64,000 bases of DNA from Octopus vulgaris (Eukaryota), in assembly GCA_951406725.2 (NCBI GenBank), contig OX597824.1, positions 66,340,001 to 66,404,000 on the forward strand. The letters run 5' to 3'. Made by a program: the position numbers and the translations under genes. Under the pieces are notes generated by a model that worked only from the letters and a program-made list of their open reading frames with translations, ran no database searches and was not told the DNA's origin. Every line of letters begins with the position of its first letter. Within the stretch, counting starts at the first letter, position 1. Shown here piece by piece: positions 39,995-53,599 of the stretch.

Positions 39995-40370
39995 AGCATA
40001 TCTTTTATCTTAGACTGCGGCCATGCTGTGGTACCACCCTGAACAATCTTTTTTAGTTGAATGTATCAACCCTAGTACTTTTTTGTTTTAAAGCCTGGTA
40101 CTAATTCTATTGGTTTCTTTTGCCAAATTGCTACATTATGGGGACTTCAACACACCAGCACTGATTGTCAAGTAGTGGAGACAGACACAAACACATATTC
40201 AACAGGCTTCTTTCAGTTTCCGACTACCAATTCCACTTACAAGGCTTTGGTCAGCCTGAGGCTATAGAAGACACTTGCCCATGATGTCATGCAGTGGGAC
40301 TGAACTCGGAACCATGTGATTAGGAAGCAAGCTTCTTGCCACACAGTCACACAGCCACACCTGCACCTAT
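39995..40370 (-). mobile_element. Full-length family A CORE-SINE
   Basis: Same architecture as 26905-27300. Further copies lie at about 9385-9530, 15080-15225, 48150-48545, 53995-54128 and 56865-57030. Confidence 0.85.
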
Positions 40371-41239
40371 GTAGTTAATGTTTTATCTGGAAAGTACCTC
40401 AGATAAGGAGAAAACGCTATCACTAAACAAGAGTCCCTAATGTCAACAGTTTCAATGCCAATTTAACATCACCTGCATTAAAAAATATTTTTGAGAAAGG
40501 CATGAACAGCACACCATCTCATTCATCTTGCTCTCTCCTTAATAATCTGAAGCTTTTATTTCTACATTAATATGAATAACTACACATTGGTAGACTGGCA
40601 GCTGCTGGAAAGATTGGTCCATGGAGATTCTGGTTTTGCAGAGAAGCAAGAAGATGCTCTTTGCCATGTTTCCAAGAGAAAATACTTTTAAGCTTCTGAG
40701 TAAAGCTGCTTCAATACAACTAAATACAGGAAGCATATAGTGACATCGCAGCAGGTTACCACCAATGCCATCCTAAAGGAACAAAGCAGCTGAATTAAAA
40801 TAGTACAAAAAGGAAAAAAAAAAATGTTTAACTACTGTTGTCCACAAAGCACAGAAATCAGTTTGCAATTGCATCAAAGCACTCATGGTATTTGTGCTTC
40901 AGGAAAATAAATAAATAAAATGAAACAGATATAGTCAAGGAAAACAAAACTAAACAACAAATTAAACAACTGAACAAATTATCACTGTGTTATCTGTTTA
41001 AAGACACTTGAGACATGTTCAGCTTTTTAGCAAAAATCTCTTTTGTGGATTGAATAGTTCAACAATGATTCTGTCAAAACTTATCTTCCATTGGGAATTT
41101 CTAGTATGAAATCAATAAAATAAGCAACATTGGTGTGAAAATGTGATACATTATGGACTGAAGGGTAATGAGTTCATATATTCCTAAAATAAACAGCTGG
41201 GACTTAAGGCAAAATATATTCTAAATGCTTAACTTGAAT

Positions 41240-41705
41240 TTAACCCTATAATGCCAAAATGATCAATATGCAGCAAAAAAAAAAAAAATTCATTGGTTTG
41301 GTTTTTTTTTCATCTTATTTAACACCATAACCTAGTTTGTGGGTGCCTTTAACAGCATCTGCTTTATTGCAAGCATTTGGGTCAAGTTTTTAATCTGAGA
41401 ATAACTTTGCCTCTGTACTTTCAGTCTTGGCAATCCTAAAAAGAATCACTAGGCATGACCTTGTTCTTCTAAATAATAAAGACAAGTGGGAGTGCATGTT
41501 TTGTGAAGAAAATTCAGTTTCTTACTTACATACATACTCACACACATACACAAATAATTACTCAACAACAACCATGTATCATAATTCTTACAGATAATAA
41601 CATTCAAATGTAAAAAAAATCCCTTCAACATTGCTGTTTTCTTCTCATAAGAATGTAGTATTTATAGTACCAAGAATTATTAATAACATGTAGTACAAGG
41701 GTTAA
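41240..41705. mobile_element. Possible TTAA-flanked piggyBac-type non-autonomous element (about 460 bp)
   Basis: Begins ttaa|ccctataatgcc and ends gtagtacaaggg|ttaa (imperfect TIR). Confidence 0.5.
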
Positions 41706-42239
41706 CAAGCTGAAATGGAAATAGCTTTCATACCATTTCATGCTTTAAGCAGATGGTTTTTAAGAAAGTTTATTGCTGCAACAATCTGATTCAAGACTGC
41801 AGCAGAAAGCATAATTCATTTAGTTCATATCCTACTACTGGTGGCTTTAAGGTGTCATTTTTATTTTACTGTTTCTAAAATTGCCATTCCCAGCATGCCA
41901 AGTAACCATGTAGCAACTTCTTTGTTGATTTGTTTTGAAACAAGTGTTGTTTTCATAGTTAAACATCTGACTTTTCAATAAATAATCATCAAATTTTGAT
42001 GAGACCAATATTTTTAATTAACAGTCATGTCTAATAAGGTCACCAGAAGTACCCATAGCCTTTACAGACTTTCCTAAATTGAGGATAGTGATAATTATGT
42101 GAGATTAGTACAGCTGATGATTCAGAGAGAAAAAAAATATCAATAGAGTTATTCCTAAGCATAGCTATGGAAGAAATTGACTGGAAGTAGCATTTTGAGA
42201 CAGAGTGGAGGATAATGCTTCTCAGACCATTGAGAGAGG

Positions 42240-42610
42240 CACATGAAATTATCCACCATCTTTCTAACAACAAATTTGGCCACCTTTTTGAATTCAGTAT
42301 CTCTGCCACCCATGATGGACATGCATATAAAATCAAAAAACTACAGCTGCCATGACTTTCAGAAACATAGTCTCATGCTTAGGATAGCCAAAACATGGAA
42401 TAAACTACCTATGCCAGTTGTTAACTGTCAGGATACTGTATTCTTTAAAATTTACTAACAACTGTTCCTGTTGCTGTCTTCAAGCAGTTATTGGCTATCA
42501 TTTCTAGCTTTCTTGACTTATTGCTACTTTCTATCCTTTCTTTTACCCTTTTCCAATGATTTGTAATGCACCTAAGTGCTGTATATGATAAACTTATTAC
42601 TATTTATTAT
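42240..42610 (+). mobile_element. CR1-clade LINE 3' end
   Basis: GHAYKI in one frame and HDFQKHSLMLRIAKTWNKLPMPVVNCQDTVFFK in ORF 42243-42458 match the CR1 RGH..K..R..FF..RV...WN.LP..VV......FK terminus. A 3' UTR follows, ending in ttattactatttattat. Confidence 0.8.
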
Positions 42611-43862
42611 AAAAAAACAGGGAACAAATAAATAGGTTTATGTTGGATTGGTACACAAACAAGTTCAGAAAAGCAGAAATCATAGTAGTAGCTGTTATCA
42701 GCTAGATAGTCTGAGGCAAGCAGAAATATATACCTTATCCAAAGAAGAAAGGCAAACCAAAAAAGCTGCTGTAATAATACTTCAGCTTAATCACTGTTGC
42801 CAGTAAAATCTGAATGTCACAGCTAATATAATTAAATAAATAAACCCACATTGATTTAAAAGTAGAAAAGTGTATTAAGAAAATTAACTAGAGACATGGA
42901 AAAAACAAAACCAACAATAGATAAGTGGTTTTGATCTAAAGCCTTAAATATGTATGTTATCAGGATTAGTAGGAAGCAATAAAAGCTCTAAATAAACTAA
43001 CAAACCTGAATAACTGATAATGTGAAACGGTTTCTAGGAAGTTAAATGATAAGGAATTATCTTTGGCTTTAATGTGTTACACTAAACACAAAGTATGATG
43101 TAACTGAATGGCTGAAGGAGTAAACTGTTCTGGGAGTAATTGATCAGGAACTAATTGTCCATACAGTCAAACAGTTCAAGGAGTAGCTGAGTAAGCCTGA
43201 AAGAATGGTTTAGTCGCATTATAGCATTATGGGGAACCTCTTGTCCAACATTATCAGCATTATTAAGCAAAAAGGAAACTGAAGTCTTGTAAGTCAGTGA
43301 TGAACAACTCCTGACCCCACTATCTGTTAGAAATATCAACAAAACTTTCCTCAAATTACATTTTTATCACCTTAGAAAGAAAGGCTACAATCCTAGATAG
43401 GAAAAAACAGCAAATCAACTGAGATATAATAAAACAAAGTGAAATATATAATGCTTAAAAGGATATAATGCTTGAAACGTTTGATCAGGATTGACCTAGG
43501 GCTAAACAACTAACAGGCAAAGTTCAAGATAAAACATAATAGGCAAACAGTAATCTAATAAATTTAGACACCACCACCACCATCACAGACATGTAAGCAT
43601 CAATAATACATAACCATTCACAAACATGCATACCACCACCAATTGCCAAACATGCAACAAACACATACATTTAACAGAGACAAATATACCTCACTGCTCT
43701 AAAAGCAAACACTCTTCATACAGCCATCCACTATTCATAGAGTTAACCAACCCACCACTACAACCACCACACAAAACTATCCTCACTACAAATTGCATTT
43801 GTATTTAGCAAGCAAATCCGATGTTACTAAGGCTTAACCCTATTAAAATGGCTGCATTATCA

Positions 43863-44053
43863 TCTTAATACATAAAAGTGAATGTATAAAATGTATGTTC
43901 TGTATGTATCATTCAAATAGTAAGCCATAGTTTTGCACATAAGTATCTGAAATTTTGCATAGGGGCACATCTTTTCATGAAGCTCAAAAGCTAGGTAGCT
44001 TTTTTTCTGAAACAGTATAAACCCCAAAACAAAGCCAGGTATTACTTGCTACT
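43863..44053 (+). mobile_element. Possible decayed non-autonomous Helitron
   Basis: Starts a|tcttaatacataaaagtgaatgtat, has a gtat microsatellite-like part and ctgaaattttgcat, and ends aaagccaggtattacttgcta. This resembles short Helitron-N layouts; the terminal CTAG is not intact. Confidence 0.4.
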
Positions 44054-46402
44054 AAGTTATTTAGATAGAAGCAAATAAACGAAATATATAAAATATATAA
44101 AAATAATTGTAAATAAACAGAATTTTAAAAAATGCTTGTAATAATAATTCTTTCTATTATAGGAACAAGACCAGCAATTTTGAGGAGCAGAGAAGTCAAT
44201 CATAACTATTCCAGTGCTCAACTGGTGCTTATTTTATCAACTCTGAAAGGATATAAAAGCAAATTTGACCTATGTGGAATTTGAACTCAGAATGTAAAGC
44301 TAAAAGAAATACCACAAAGCATTTTGTTTAGCCACCTTAATAATGATAACAACAACAACATTTCCCGCCTTTGCTGTTTCTTTTTTATTTAACACCTATT
44401 TTTCACTTGTGCATTTTTTTCCCCCCATTTTTCTCTTTACACCCGCTTTACCATGTTGTAAGATAGGTTTATCAGGGCAATTATTTTTACAACTGGATTC
44501 CTCTTCTGCTTCTAACTACAAAGTGTTGAATCCACCTGCTATGAAAGATGTTGAATTGACTCACATGAACAAGGTAAACAGAGTTATTAGCCCTAGTTGA
44601 GAACATAACAATGTAAGCAAAGTTTAATAATCTAGCTCCCACACAATCTGTGTGGTGAAGGCTAAGCAACAACTGCATCATAATCAAATATAAATATAAC
44701 AAAAAGACAAACGAGCAGTGGAATAGCAGAGTGTACTAAATACTTAAATATTTTGTAATATTTAGTTACAACCCTATGCATTCTAATTTAAAATACCATT
44801 ATGAGCCTCTACATGGTCACTGAACCTGCTAGAAATAGCAACCAAATACCTTCAAATCAAATCCTATATCTTAAGTAGGTAAAGGTTATGTTGGACAATG
44901 TAGCCTAATACACTTCTAAAAAGAAGAAAAAAAAGAAAAAAGACAGATGGACACAGAATTTGTTTTGTTTTTTTTATCAGACTTGACCTTGGGTTAAACA
45001 ACAGCTATAACTCCTATCAATTCATTGCCTATCATTCTCTCACAGTTAAACCCCCACCCCACATAATCACCATCAATGTACAGACATATATTCAATAAGC
45101 TACTCCTCACCCTGTACCCCCACCCAAGTTACAAAACATTATTTTTATTACTCATCATGATAATGGTTTATAATTATCTGGAGTAGTGAATGACAGAATT
45201 CATAGAGTGACAAATGACGAAATGCCTTGCATTATTTGATTATATGTTCCGAGTTCAAATCCTACCAAGATCTTTGCTTATCTTTCTGTGGTTGATAAAT
45301 AAATACCTGTCAAGTGCTAAGGTTAATGAAGTAAACAATACCCTACCCTTAAAATACCTACCTAATTGTGGCAACAATAAACGAAAAGATTATTTCAATT
45401 ATTATTATTGAGGGTATAAGGTGGTATGCTGGCAGAATCTTTAGCATGCCAGAGATAAAACTTAGTGGCATCTTATCTGTTTTTCTGTCCTGAGTTCTAA
45501 TTCTGCTGATAAAAAAAAAATAGGTACCAGCTATATACTGGGGTTGATTTGAATGACTGCCTCTTCTCTACAAATTTGTGGTGTTGTGCCAAAGTTAGAA
45601 ACCATTATTATAGATAGTGTTATTTCTTCTATTTAGATTTCCATAATAGCATCAAGTTGGCATCTGAACAGTACGAAAGAAATGCATTGCTGAGCACAAG
45701 GAATTTGAAAAACAGTCTTCTATTTGATGTGCGTTTTCCTGAAATATACAATATCTATTAACAGAAAACTTTTCATCTGTAATTAGTTGTTATGTTTGCA
45801 CTGCTGTTACAGTAACATGCTGCTAAGAATCTGTGACAACCCCCTATGTCAAAATAATCTTCACCTTATTGGTATTCAAACCTTGGAAGAAAGAGAAAAA
45901 AAACAAAAACAAACATTAATACAGTTATCTAAACAGCCACTTGTTTACTTAACCACGTAAATGTTAACTAAATTAACTAGCTGGCCACCTGTTTTGTTAG
46001 CTTTACGGTCCATTGGATGCATAAAGTTAGCTTTCAAGAAAGGCTTATCTCATGGGAATTGAAAAAAGTGACTGGTTATTAATGAAATAAAAGAAATTGT
46101 TTTAATGATATTACAATTACTGTAACACCTATTTGCTAGCCTGCTGTTATGTTGTTGTGGCTGCTGTTTAGCCCTAGATCAGCCCTGATTGAGCACACTT
46201 ATGATCAAAGGCATTTTGGTAATGCCGCAAACACACACCAATATGAAGGTGTGCGTGTATCACAGCAGAATGCAATGTGAAGGAGATTTGGTTGCTATTT
46301 CTAGCAAGTTGAGCAACTACATAAAAGCTCCTTCTTTGCTTGTCATAGCTGATACAAGCTTTCATAACATCAAGTAGACCAGAGATACTTCTCAAGCCTT
46401 TC

Positions 46403-46630
46403 TTAACCCTTTTGTTACTGTATTTATTTTGAGATACACAGTGTTTCTTTCAAATACTTAAAATATAACAAAGAATTTAGTAAAATAACTTAGCTATCAT
46501 TCAGCTAGTGTTAGGAACATAAATTGTGACTAAGGTTTGGTAGTAGACTTTAATTCAAAACTTATGAAAACAAGACATTTGTATTCAGAGCCAGAGCCGG
46601 TTTCAGCCGGGTCGGTAATGAAAGGGTTAA
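46403..46630. mobile_element. piggyBac-type MITE (220 bp) with TTAA TSD
   Basis: ttaa|cccttttgttac ... gtaatgaaaggg|ttaa; a close inverted copy lies at 55639-55866. Confidence 0.88.
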
Positions 46631-49600
46631 AGTAACACTCTTAGGGAATATGATGCCTACTCCTAGAAGTGTAATGAAATAAGACAGATACTCAAATGCA
46701 TTAGTCAAAACACAAGATGAATTTAAGACCTATAAATTAGTATTGTAGTTCAAAATTATAGCCATTCAGCCATATGGCAGAGTAAGAGTGATCAATCAAA
46801 AGAGAAACTGAAATTATCTAGTTAGCCTAGATCCTTTATATTGGTGAGATAGGCAAAGACATGACTGTATGGTCAAGGAGTTTGCTTCGCAATCATGTGG
46901 TTTCCTAACCATGTGGTGCTTCATAATTCTAAGCATTCAATTGCAGAGAATCACATGGAAAAAAAAAAAATTATAAAAAGCCTCTATTCCATTTTGCTAC
47001 AAAATACTTCCCCCACCCGCTCAGCCATCTTTTTTTTCTCACATTTACAAATTTCCAGAAATTTTTTCCTGGCTACATTTTCTCGACCAGAAAAAATACC
47101 TTGCGCTATTTATTCTGTCTCTTCTGAGTTTAAATCCCACCGAGGTGAACTTTGGTTTTCATCTTTTTGATGTCGATCAAATAGTATCAGTTGAACACTG
47201 GGATCAATGTAATCGACTTACCCCCTCCCCTCAAATTGTTAGCACTGAGCCAAAATTTGAAATCATTATTATTATTATTAGCAGCACATGTTATCAAAGA
47301 TTGTCATTACATTCACTTAATCCAGTCATGGCAATAACAAAGTAAATCTCACCAAGCTAAATAGAGCAAAACAAAGCAAACTAATTTTTTCGTTATTGCT
47401 TTACATCACACATAAGACAACACTGCAAGTGAGAATTACCAATACTCATTTCACCCAGTTCTAATTATCTCTGATGTTTCTCCCTTAAGATTATCCCTGT
47501 GATGTCTGCCTCAAGATCTAAGCCTTAGATAATTTTAATTATTTTTTCATTTTGTTGCTCTTTTTACTTTTTTTTTTTTTTTCTGACTGCCAGGCGATAT
47601 TTGATCCAGGCTTATAAAATATACAGGGCTAATCCATTTCCAATACCAAAATGATTTCATCATCTACAATCCTTTCGCTCATGGTTGATAACAATACCAA
47701 ATCCCCAAATCTGCAGGATCCTTCTCAAACAGTCCTGTACTTCCTTCATCATAATCAATGTTTTTAATACTAGTGTCAAGTCAGTACCACTACATGGAAT
47801 TAATAATGTTTTGCTGTCTTGGGAGAGTCATTATACCAATAATAACAACACATGCGCAAGTTCAATTCTACTTATTATTAGTCATTTGGTTAAATATCTC
47901 ACCAAGTAAATAACTGATAATTTGTTTAACACATTGGTTAAATAATCAATTTTTTGTTTGTCCATCAAATTTATTGCATTGTTATTCACCTTTTCAGAGA
48001 CCATTGACACACTACTCACAGAGTGAGTAGAGAGTCATGGGTCACTCCCAAGACAACAAAATTTGATTCAACATTATTTCACATCAAGAACCTTGCAAAT
48101 CAAATACAAAAGCGAAACATAATTATAATTGTTAAATCTTTCTGGTTTTAACCATTGGACAGCTGCCATGTGGAGCACCACTGGCAGGTGTAACTGATCA
48201 AATTGATTCCAGTGTTTTCTTTTTTTTGGTCTGGTACATATTCTATCAACCTATTTTATTTTTGCTGTAAAGCTAAATTAAGGGAACAAAAATAGACCAG
48301 CATTGATTGTTAAGTTGCATTAACATAATGGGAAGCACACACACACACACACACATGCATGCATTGATGGATGCACACACACACTCACATAAAAGACCTC
48401 CACATAGTTTCCATCTACCAAATTCAATCATACGACACTTTTCAGCAAAGAGCTATAATAGAAAACACTTGTCCAAGGTGCCTTGCAGTGAGACAGAACC
48501 CAAAATCACAGTTTTGAAGGAAACTTCTTAACCATAATCCATGTCTATAGACATAATAAAATCTATGCAAATTATATAATACTATAATTCTTATGAACAA
48601 TATCTACAGTGAAACAAATTATTTTTTTGCTGTTGTTTCACTCTAATTGAGCAGAACTATGATCAAAGGTACTTCAGAAATGACCATTCCATCTTCTCAG
48701 ATTGAGTATCCAGTACCCAATATATCCTCCATCTTTTCAGACAGTGTGGATTAAATCTCATTTGGCTGTTTAATCAAGCAGATCAAGCAACAATATACTA
48801 TTTTCTACACTGGCTTGTACTATAGTTGGCTTGTACTCTAATACAATATGGGTAACAATATCAGCATCCAAAATACTTTAATAAACAAGGACTAGCAAGA
48901 AATCTAATATCAGCCCTTGAATTATGTTGTGCCTGGATCAGAAACCAAAATTACTATTATATTTCATCAAACTCGCATGTTTACTACATCGAAAATGTAT
49001 CTAAAGTGTAATACAAGGTTAAAATGTTGAATACACCCCTTTCCTTCCACACAAATTACTGAAGCAATCACAATTTAAAAATGGAATTTACCCATGGGGG
49101 TTAAGAAGAAATTTTCCAAATATTATGGTTTAGTCTAAAGATTTCTATCTCCCATCTAAAGTAAACAAGCTTCCTGTCTGATCTAGCTTGAAGTGTTTAT
49201 TACAAGAAGTATTTGATAATGTGCTGATCATAGGCCAAAATTACTTAGATACTATTCCACACACACACACATTCTCTCTCTCTTCCCTAAGGACACACCT
49301 ACAAATACACTGTTTTATAACATTTATCTTAGTATGTATGTCTTCTTCCAGCCACCTACCCTTATACTTCTCACCTACAAAACATTTCCTAACATTCTTC
49401 TCTCTCCTTCTCTCATGCATGCATACACATACACACAAACAAATAAACAAACCTTAGATGTTGCCAATGAAACATCACCTCAAAAAACAGACAACATTCT
49501 GCAGATGTTTACTTTGCTTCGCTAGTCTGAGCACAAATCCACCCACCATCATTATCCAAACACCCCCTGTTCTAGCACAGTACACACAATGCATAGATAT

Positions 49601-50475
49601 GCACTGGAAACCAAGATCACATCTCCCAATGTTAGATAAAATACACACAGATACACACCAAAAACACAACACCACCAGTAGCGTATGTGCACATGTTGCA
49701 AACTGTCCTACACACAACCCATACCACAACACTATCAGTATTACAATAAGTTAATTTCTATACAGTCACTTCATTTTGCTAGCAATAGCAGCCAAATATC
49801 CCTCCAGTCTTATTCTACTGTCTTAAAGAAAGCAAGCATTGGATAAAAACAATCCTAGATACTCTGTTCCAGAAAATAATACAAGGTCATAAACTGAATG
49901 CCATTGATCATAGGACTGCTTATGGATAAACAGCAACAACAACAAATATAACAACATGTATAATGAACACAATAAGTACAACATTTATACACACACACAC
50001 TCACAAACCACTACAGCACTGCCAGTATTACAGAACACAACAAAGATAACCCATGTAAAATGACCATCACTGCATCCAGTTCAGTTACGTTATTAGAACT
50101 ATTTCACTCAATTTTAATGAAAAATTAAAGTTATCTTTGTTGCACTTCATTCTTGGTATAACTGGTTTTATTTTTTGCCAGACAATCTGCAGTTCATTCA
50201 ACATTTAACATGTTGCAACACAGCTGAGAAAATTACTTATTCTCCAAATAACTTTGTAAAATAAAAATTTTTTCTTCTTCAAATTTTTCTTGGTAATAAT
50301 CTTTGAAGGAAAAAAAAAATTAATTTTCTTGATTCAATAATTTCGGAGATATCAGTGTAGATATCAAACAAATCTTTCGATAACTGTATGCAGTAATTTA
50401 TGGATGATGTAGCTGCTTTTTCTAGCAGATTTATTGACCACATAAAGGCTCTTTTGTGTGAATAAGAACTATGCT

Positions 50476-50642
50476 ATGGTTCTATATTTAAGAGATGAAG
50501 AATTATGTATATTATTTACATTTGACAAATATTTGTCCTCATTCCGTTTGTTAACACATTTCAGCTGATATACCCTCCAGCCTTCATCAGGTGTCTTGGG
50601 GAAATTTCAAACCTGGGTTCTCATTCCTAAGGGATTTTTAAA

Positions 50643-50680
<38 letters not shown>

Positions 50681-50971
50681 TCATTGCTTGGAATCGAACA
50701 CGGAATCTTGAGATTAGTAGCCTGTGCTCTTAACCACTATACCATATGCCTGTAGGTTAAGAGCACAGACTACTAACCCCAAGATTCCAAGTTCAATTCC
50801 AAGCAGTGACCTCAATAATATATAATAACAACATTGAAAAATACCTTAGGAATGAGAAGCCAAGTTTGAAATTTCCCCAAGACACCTGATGAAGGCTGGA
50901 GAGTATATTAGCCGAAAGGTATTAACAACAAACAAGATGAGAACAAATATCCGTCAGATGTAAATAATGTA
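50476..50971. mobile_element. Palindromic tRNA-headed, hammerhead-bearing retroposon (Penelope-like architecture)
   Basis: Inverted arms 50508-50735 and 50755-50971, one-sided 32-nt tail 50476-50507, exact 12-bp TSD aagaactatgct at 50464-50475 and 50972-50983. A box 50733-50744 and B box 50691-50699 on the minus strand, and CTGATGA..GAAA in both arms. Confidence 0.85.
50881..50923 (+). ncRNA. Minimal hammerhead-like motif (mirror copy 50553-50595 on the minus strand)
   Basis: GACAC-CUGAUGA-A-GGCUG-gagaguauau-UAGCC-GAAA-g-GUAUU; the minus copy is GACAC-CUGAUGA-A-GGCUG-gaggguauau-CAGCU-GAAA-u-GUGUU. Stem III and the cleavage triplet appear missing. Confidence 0.6.
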
Positions 50972-51513
50972 AAGAACTATGCTGTTCTGTATGAGCATCC
51001 AGCAATATAGTCAGGTTAATTCAATCAACAATATTCCCCTTCTGCAAACTGAGAAAGCAAAACATATTGGTTTAACACCTTGACTAGTGAAAATAATTAT
51101 ATACTTCTGTATACAAGAACTTGTGCATGTACAGACATAAATTCACATGTACATGTAGGGACAACAAATATTCAAAACCAATATTCAATTTATAATCATA
51201 AAAAGTATTGATTTTTTTATTCTATCAGAAAATTCTAAGATATATTATGAAGAAAGCAAATATTAAATGGACATTTGCGATCAGCATTCAACACGAAAGT
51301 GGTGAAGCCATTTTCAATATGCAGAAACTTATATGAGATTCCAATTAACTGCTTAGATGATCATTATCTAACTTGAAAAAGTGGAATGCCAGACACTCTG
51401 TAGAGTAACTGGAAATGTAGTAGTCCCGTGGCAAGCATAAGATATCTGGTTTGTGATACATCAAAGAGCCTTATTATTTTCTTGTCTCAAATTGGTGCTA
51501 AAGACATCTGTTG

Positions 51514-51724
51514 TTAACCATTTGTGAGCATATTTCTGTTGAAATACACTTTATTTCACTTAATTCTAAAAATAACAGAGAATTTAATAAAATAGCTTTG
51601 TCCTTAAAGAGTTGCTGTTTGAAACATGAAATTTTGATGGTTTTAATTAAGATCACTTCAAAATAGGCACTTTGCATCGCAGAACCAGGGACAGTTTTAG
51701 GTGAGTTAGAATGAGAAGGGTTAA
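51514..51724. mobile_element. Older relative of the 220-bp TTAA MITE
   Basis: ttaaccatttg..atttctgttgaaatacact..agaatttaataaaatagct..agaaggg|ttaa is colinear with 46403-46630. Confidence 0.7.
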
Positions 51725-52025
51725 AGTCTGATTTGCTTTTGCTATTGATCACTCCAGGTGTAATAAAATATCTGTCTGTAATATACTGATGGTTGAGTGA
51801 CTCAGCTATTTCTCTCCTCCATCAGAGATTTGGTTTTGTTTCTAAAAGAGTGAGAGTGTATTGGAACATATATTTGAATAAATAAATTTAACTATATATA
51901 CTGAGTACAGTCTTTGTGTGTATGTGGACATGTATGTGTGTGTATGTATATACATGTATAGTAGAATAACATGAAGACAGAAAGCTTGCAATGCAGAAGA
52001 GAAAGTAACCTTTATATATTTCAGG

Positions 52026-52066
52026 CACTTCTGATGATGGGCCTTTGTGCCTGAAATACATAATGG
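52026..52066 (+). ncRNA. Degenerate minimal hammerhead motif
   Basis: cactt-CTGATGA-t-gggc-ctttgt-gcct-GAAA-tacata-atgg: core and stem II intact, stem I imperfect. Confidence 0.45.
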
Positions 52067-52159
52067 TTACTTGACTTCCCTTTTCACACTGTTAGAAGTA
52101 CACAGTCTTCATTATTTGCTTTTGTACTTCTGTATGACAATGCTCTTTATATACATATC

Positions 52160-52191
<32 letters not shown>

Positions 52192-53599
52192 AAACAAACA
52201 CACAAAGACACACACACAATCTTTTTTTATCTTCATATCAGTAACAATTGGAAATCATTATCCATAAATAAATTTAGCAACACATGCTATCAGACATGTA
52301 ATTATGAAATAATGTTTTATATATCAATAAAAGTATATTTTCTCCTCCAACAAACACAAACAAGTTTTTTTTTTTCTTTCTCTCTTCCCTCTAATTCAGA
52401 TACAATAGTTTTCAGTCTTTGACCTGCATTAGATTTCAGTCACTTAAGAAGCTATCTGCCCATACATAATGCAATACAATCATCATGCATACATCTCATC
52501 CACTGCCTCCCATCATCACTATCTCCCAAAGAGGCTAGAAAGCTCTCAGCTATCATACAATTACCACAGACGTATATTAAAGCTACAGACAATAGAAATA
52601 GTTCTGAGCTCAACAGATTACTGGGGTAGTGGTGCAGGAGGATAAGGAAGTGGGTAAAAATTCCCAATATATTCTTCTTCAGAAAAGATAGACGAGAGGA
52701 TTTAGCTGCAATCTAATCTTCATATAATCTGACTAGATAATAGTAAGGGGATAAGAGTAGCTAGCTAACAATAATATTCTTATTGCTTCTATCTTGGCTT
52801 TTATTTGAGTTTTATTTTATATTTAATTGTGTTTCTTTATATTAAATTTATTTCAGACATTTATTTATTGCTCAGCAAAATCAAGTTCCTCAGAATTTAT
52901 AACTTTGCCTCTGGTTACCCAACTACATTGTATTATTACTCTTCAACATTATTACGGTAGATGAAAGTTATTAATGATTTGTAGGGACACGGTATTTCTT
53001 TATGCAACCATAATCTATACATATAAATTTGACATGGGCGATTCTTTCTTGTCTTGGAATTCATGGTCAAACGGCTGAGTGGAATTGCATGAAAAATTAC
53101 AGATATGTAGAATGATCTGCTGGTGATGCTGAGCTTGGTATTTTTTCATAGCTCCCATGGTTACCAAGATAATCTACTATAATGATACTCTTGTGTTTAT
53201 GAATGAGAAAGGAAGGGGTGATAGATGAATAAGGAAGGAAGGGGTGAGCGTTTAAACTTTGTGAATATATGTGTGTGTGTGTATGTAAAAGGGGGGGTGC
53301 ATGTGTGTGTGCATGTGCAATGGAAGTGGGATGGTTCGTCTTTGTTCGCTTAGCATTTGGGTTTATTTTTTTTTGTTGGTCAGTTATTTTTAGCGTTTTG
53401 ACAGAAAAAAGTCATTCTAAAATTGTTTTTTAACGTAAGCTTGCCCAAACAAGTCGAATGCTTACACAGAGCAGGTTTTACAGCCACATCATCCAAACCA
53501 ACCAGGTGAAACGGGGCTTAGCTGCTAGTATACTATAAAGTATATTAAACGTTTTTTATAAGTCAATACCAAGTTCTACTGTGTTAGCAATGCGCTTTA

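Noticed and set aside
50680-50810. Genuine tRNA gene(s)
   Set aside because: A and B boxes are present, but acceptor and T stems do not close a cloverleaf and the sequence is part of a TSD-bounded insertion. The same applies to the SINE heads.
51410-51428. ZNF143/Staf-like ACTACAnnTCC motif on the minus strand
   Set aside because: A single imperfect match without promoter context.
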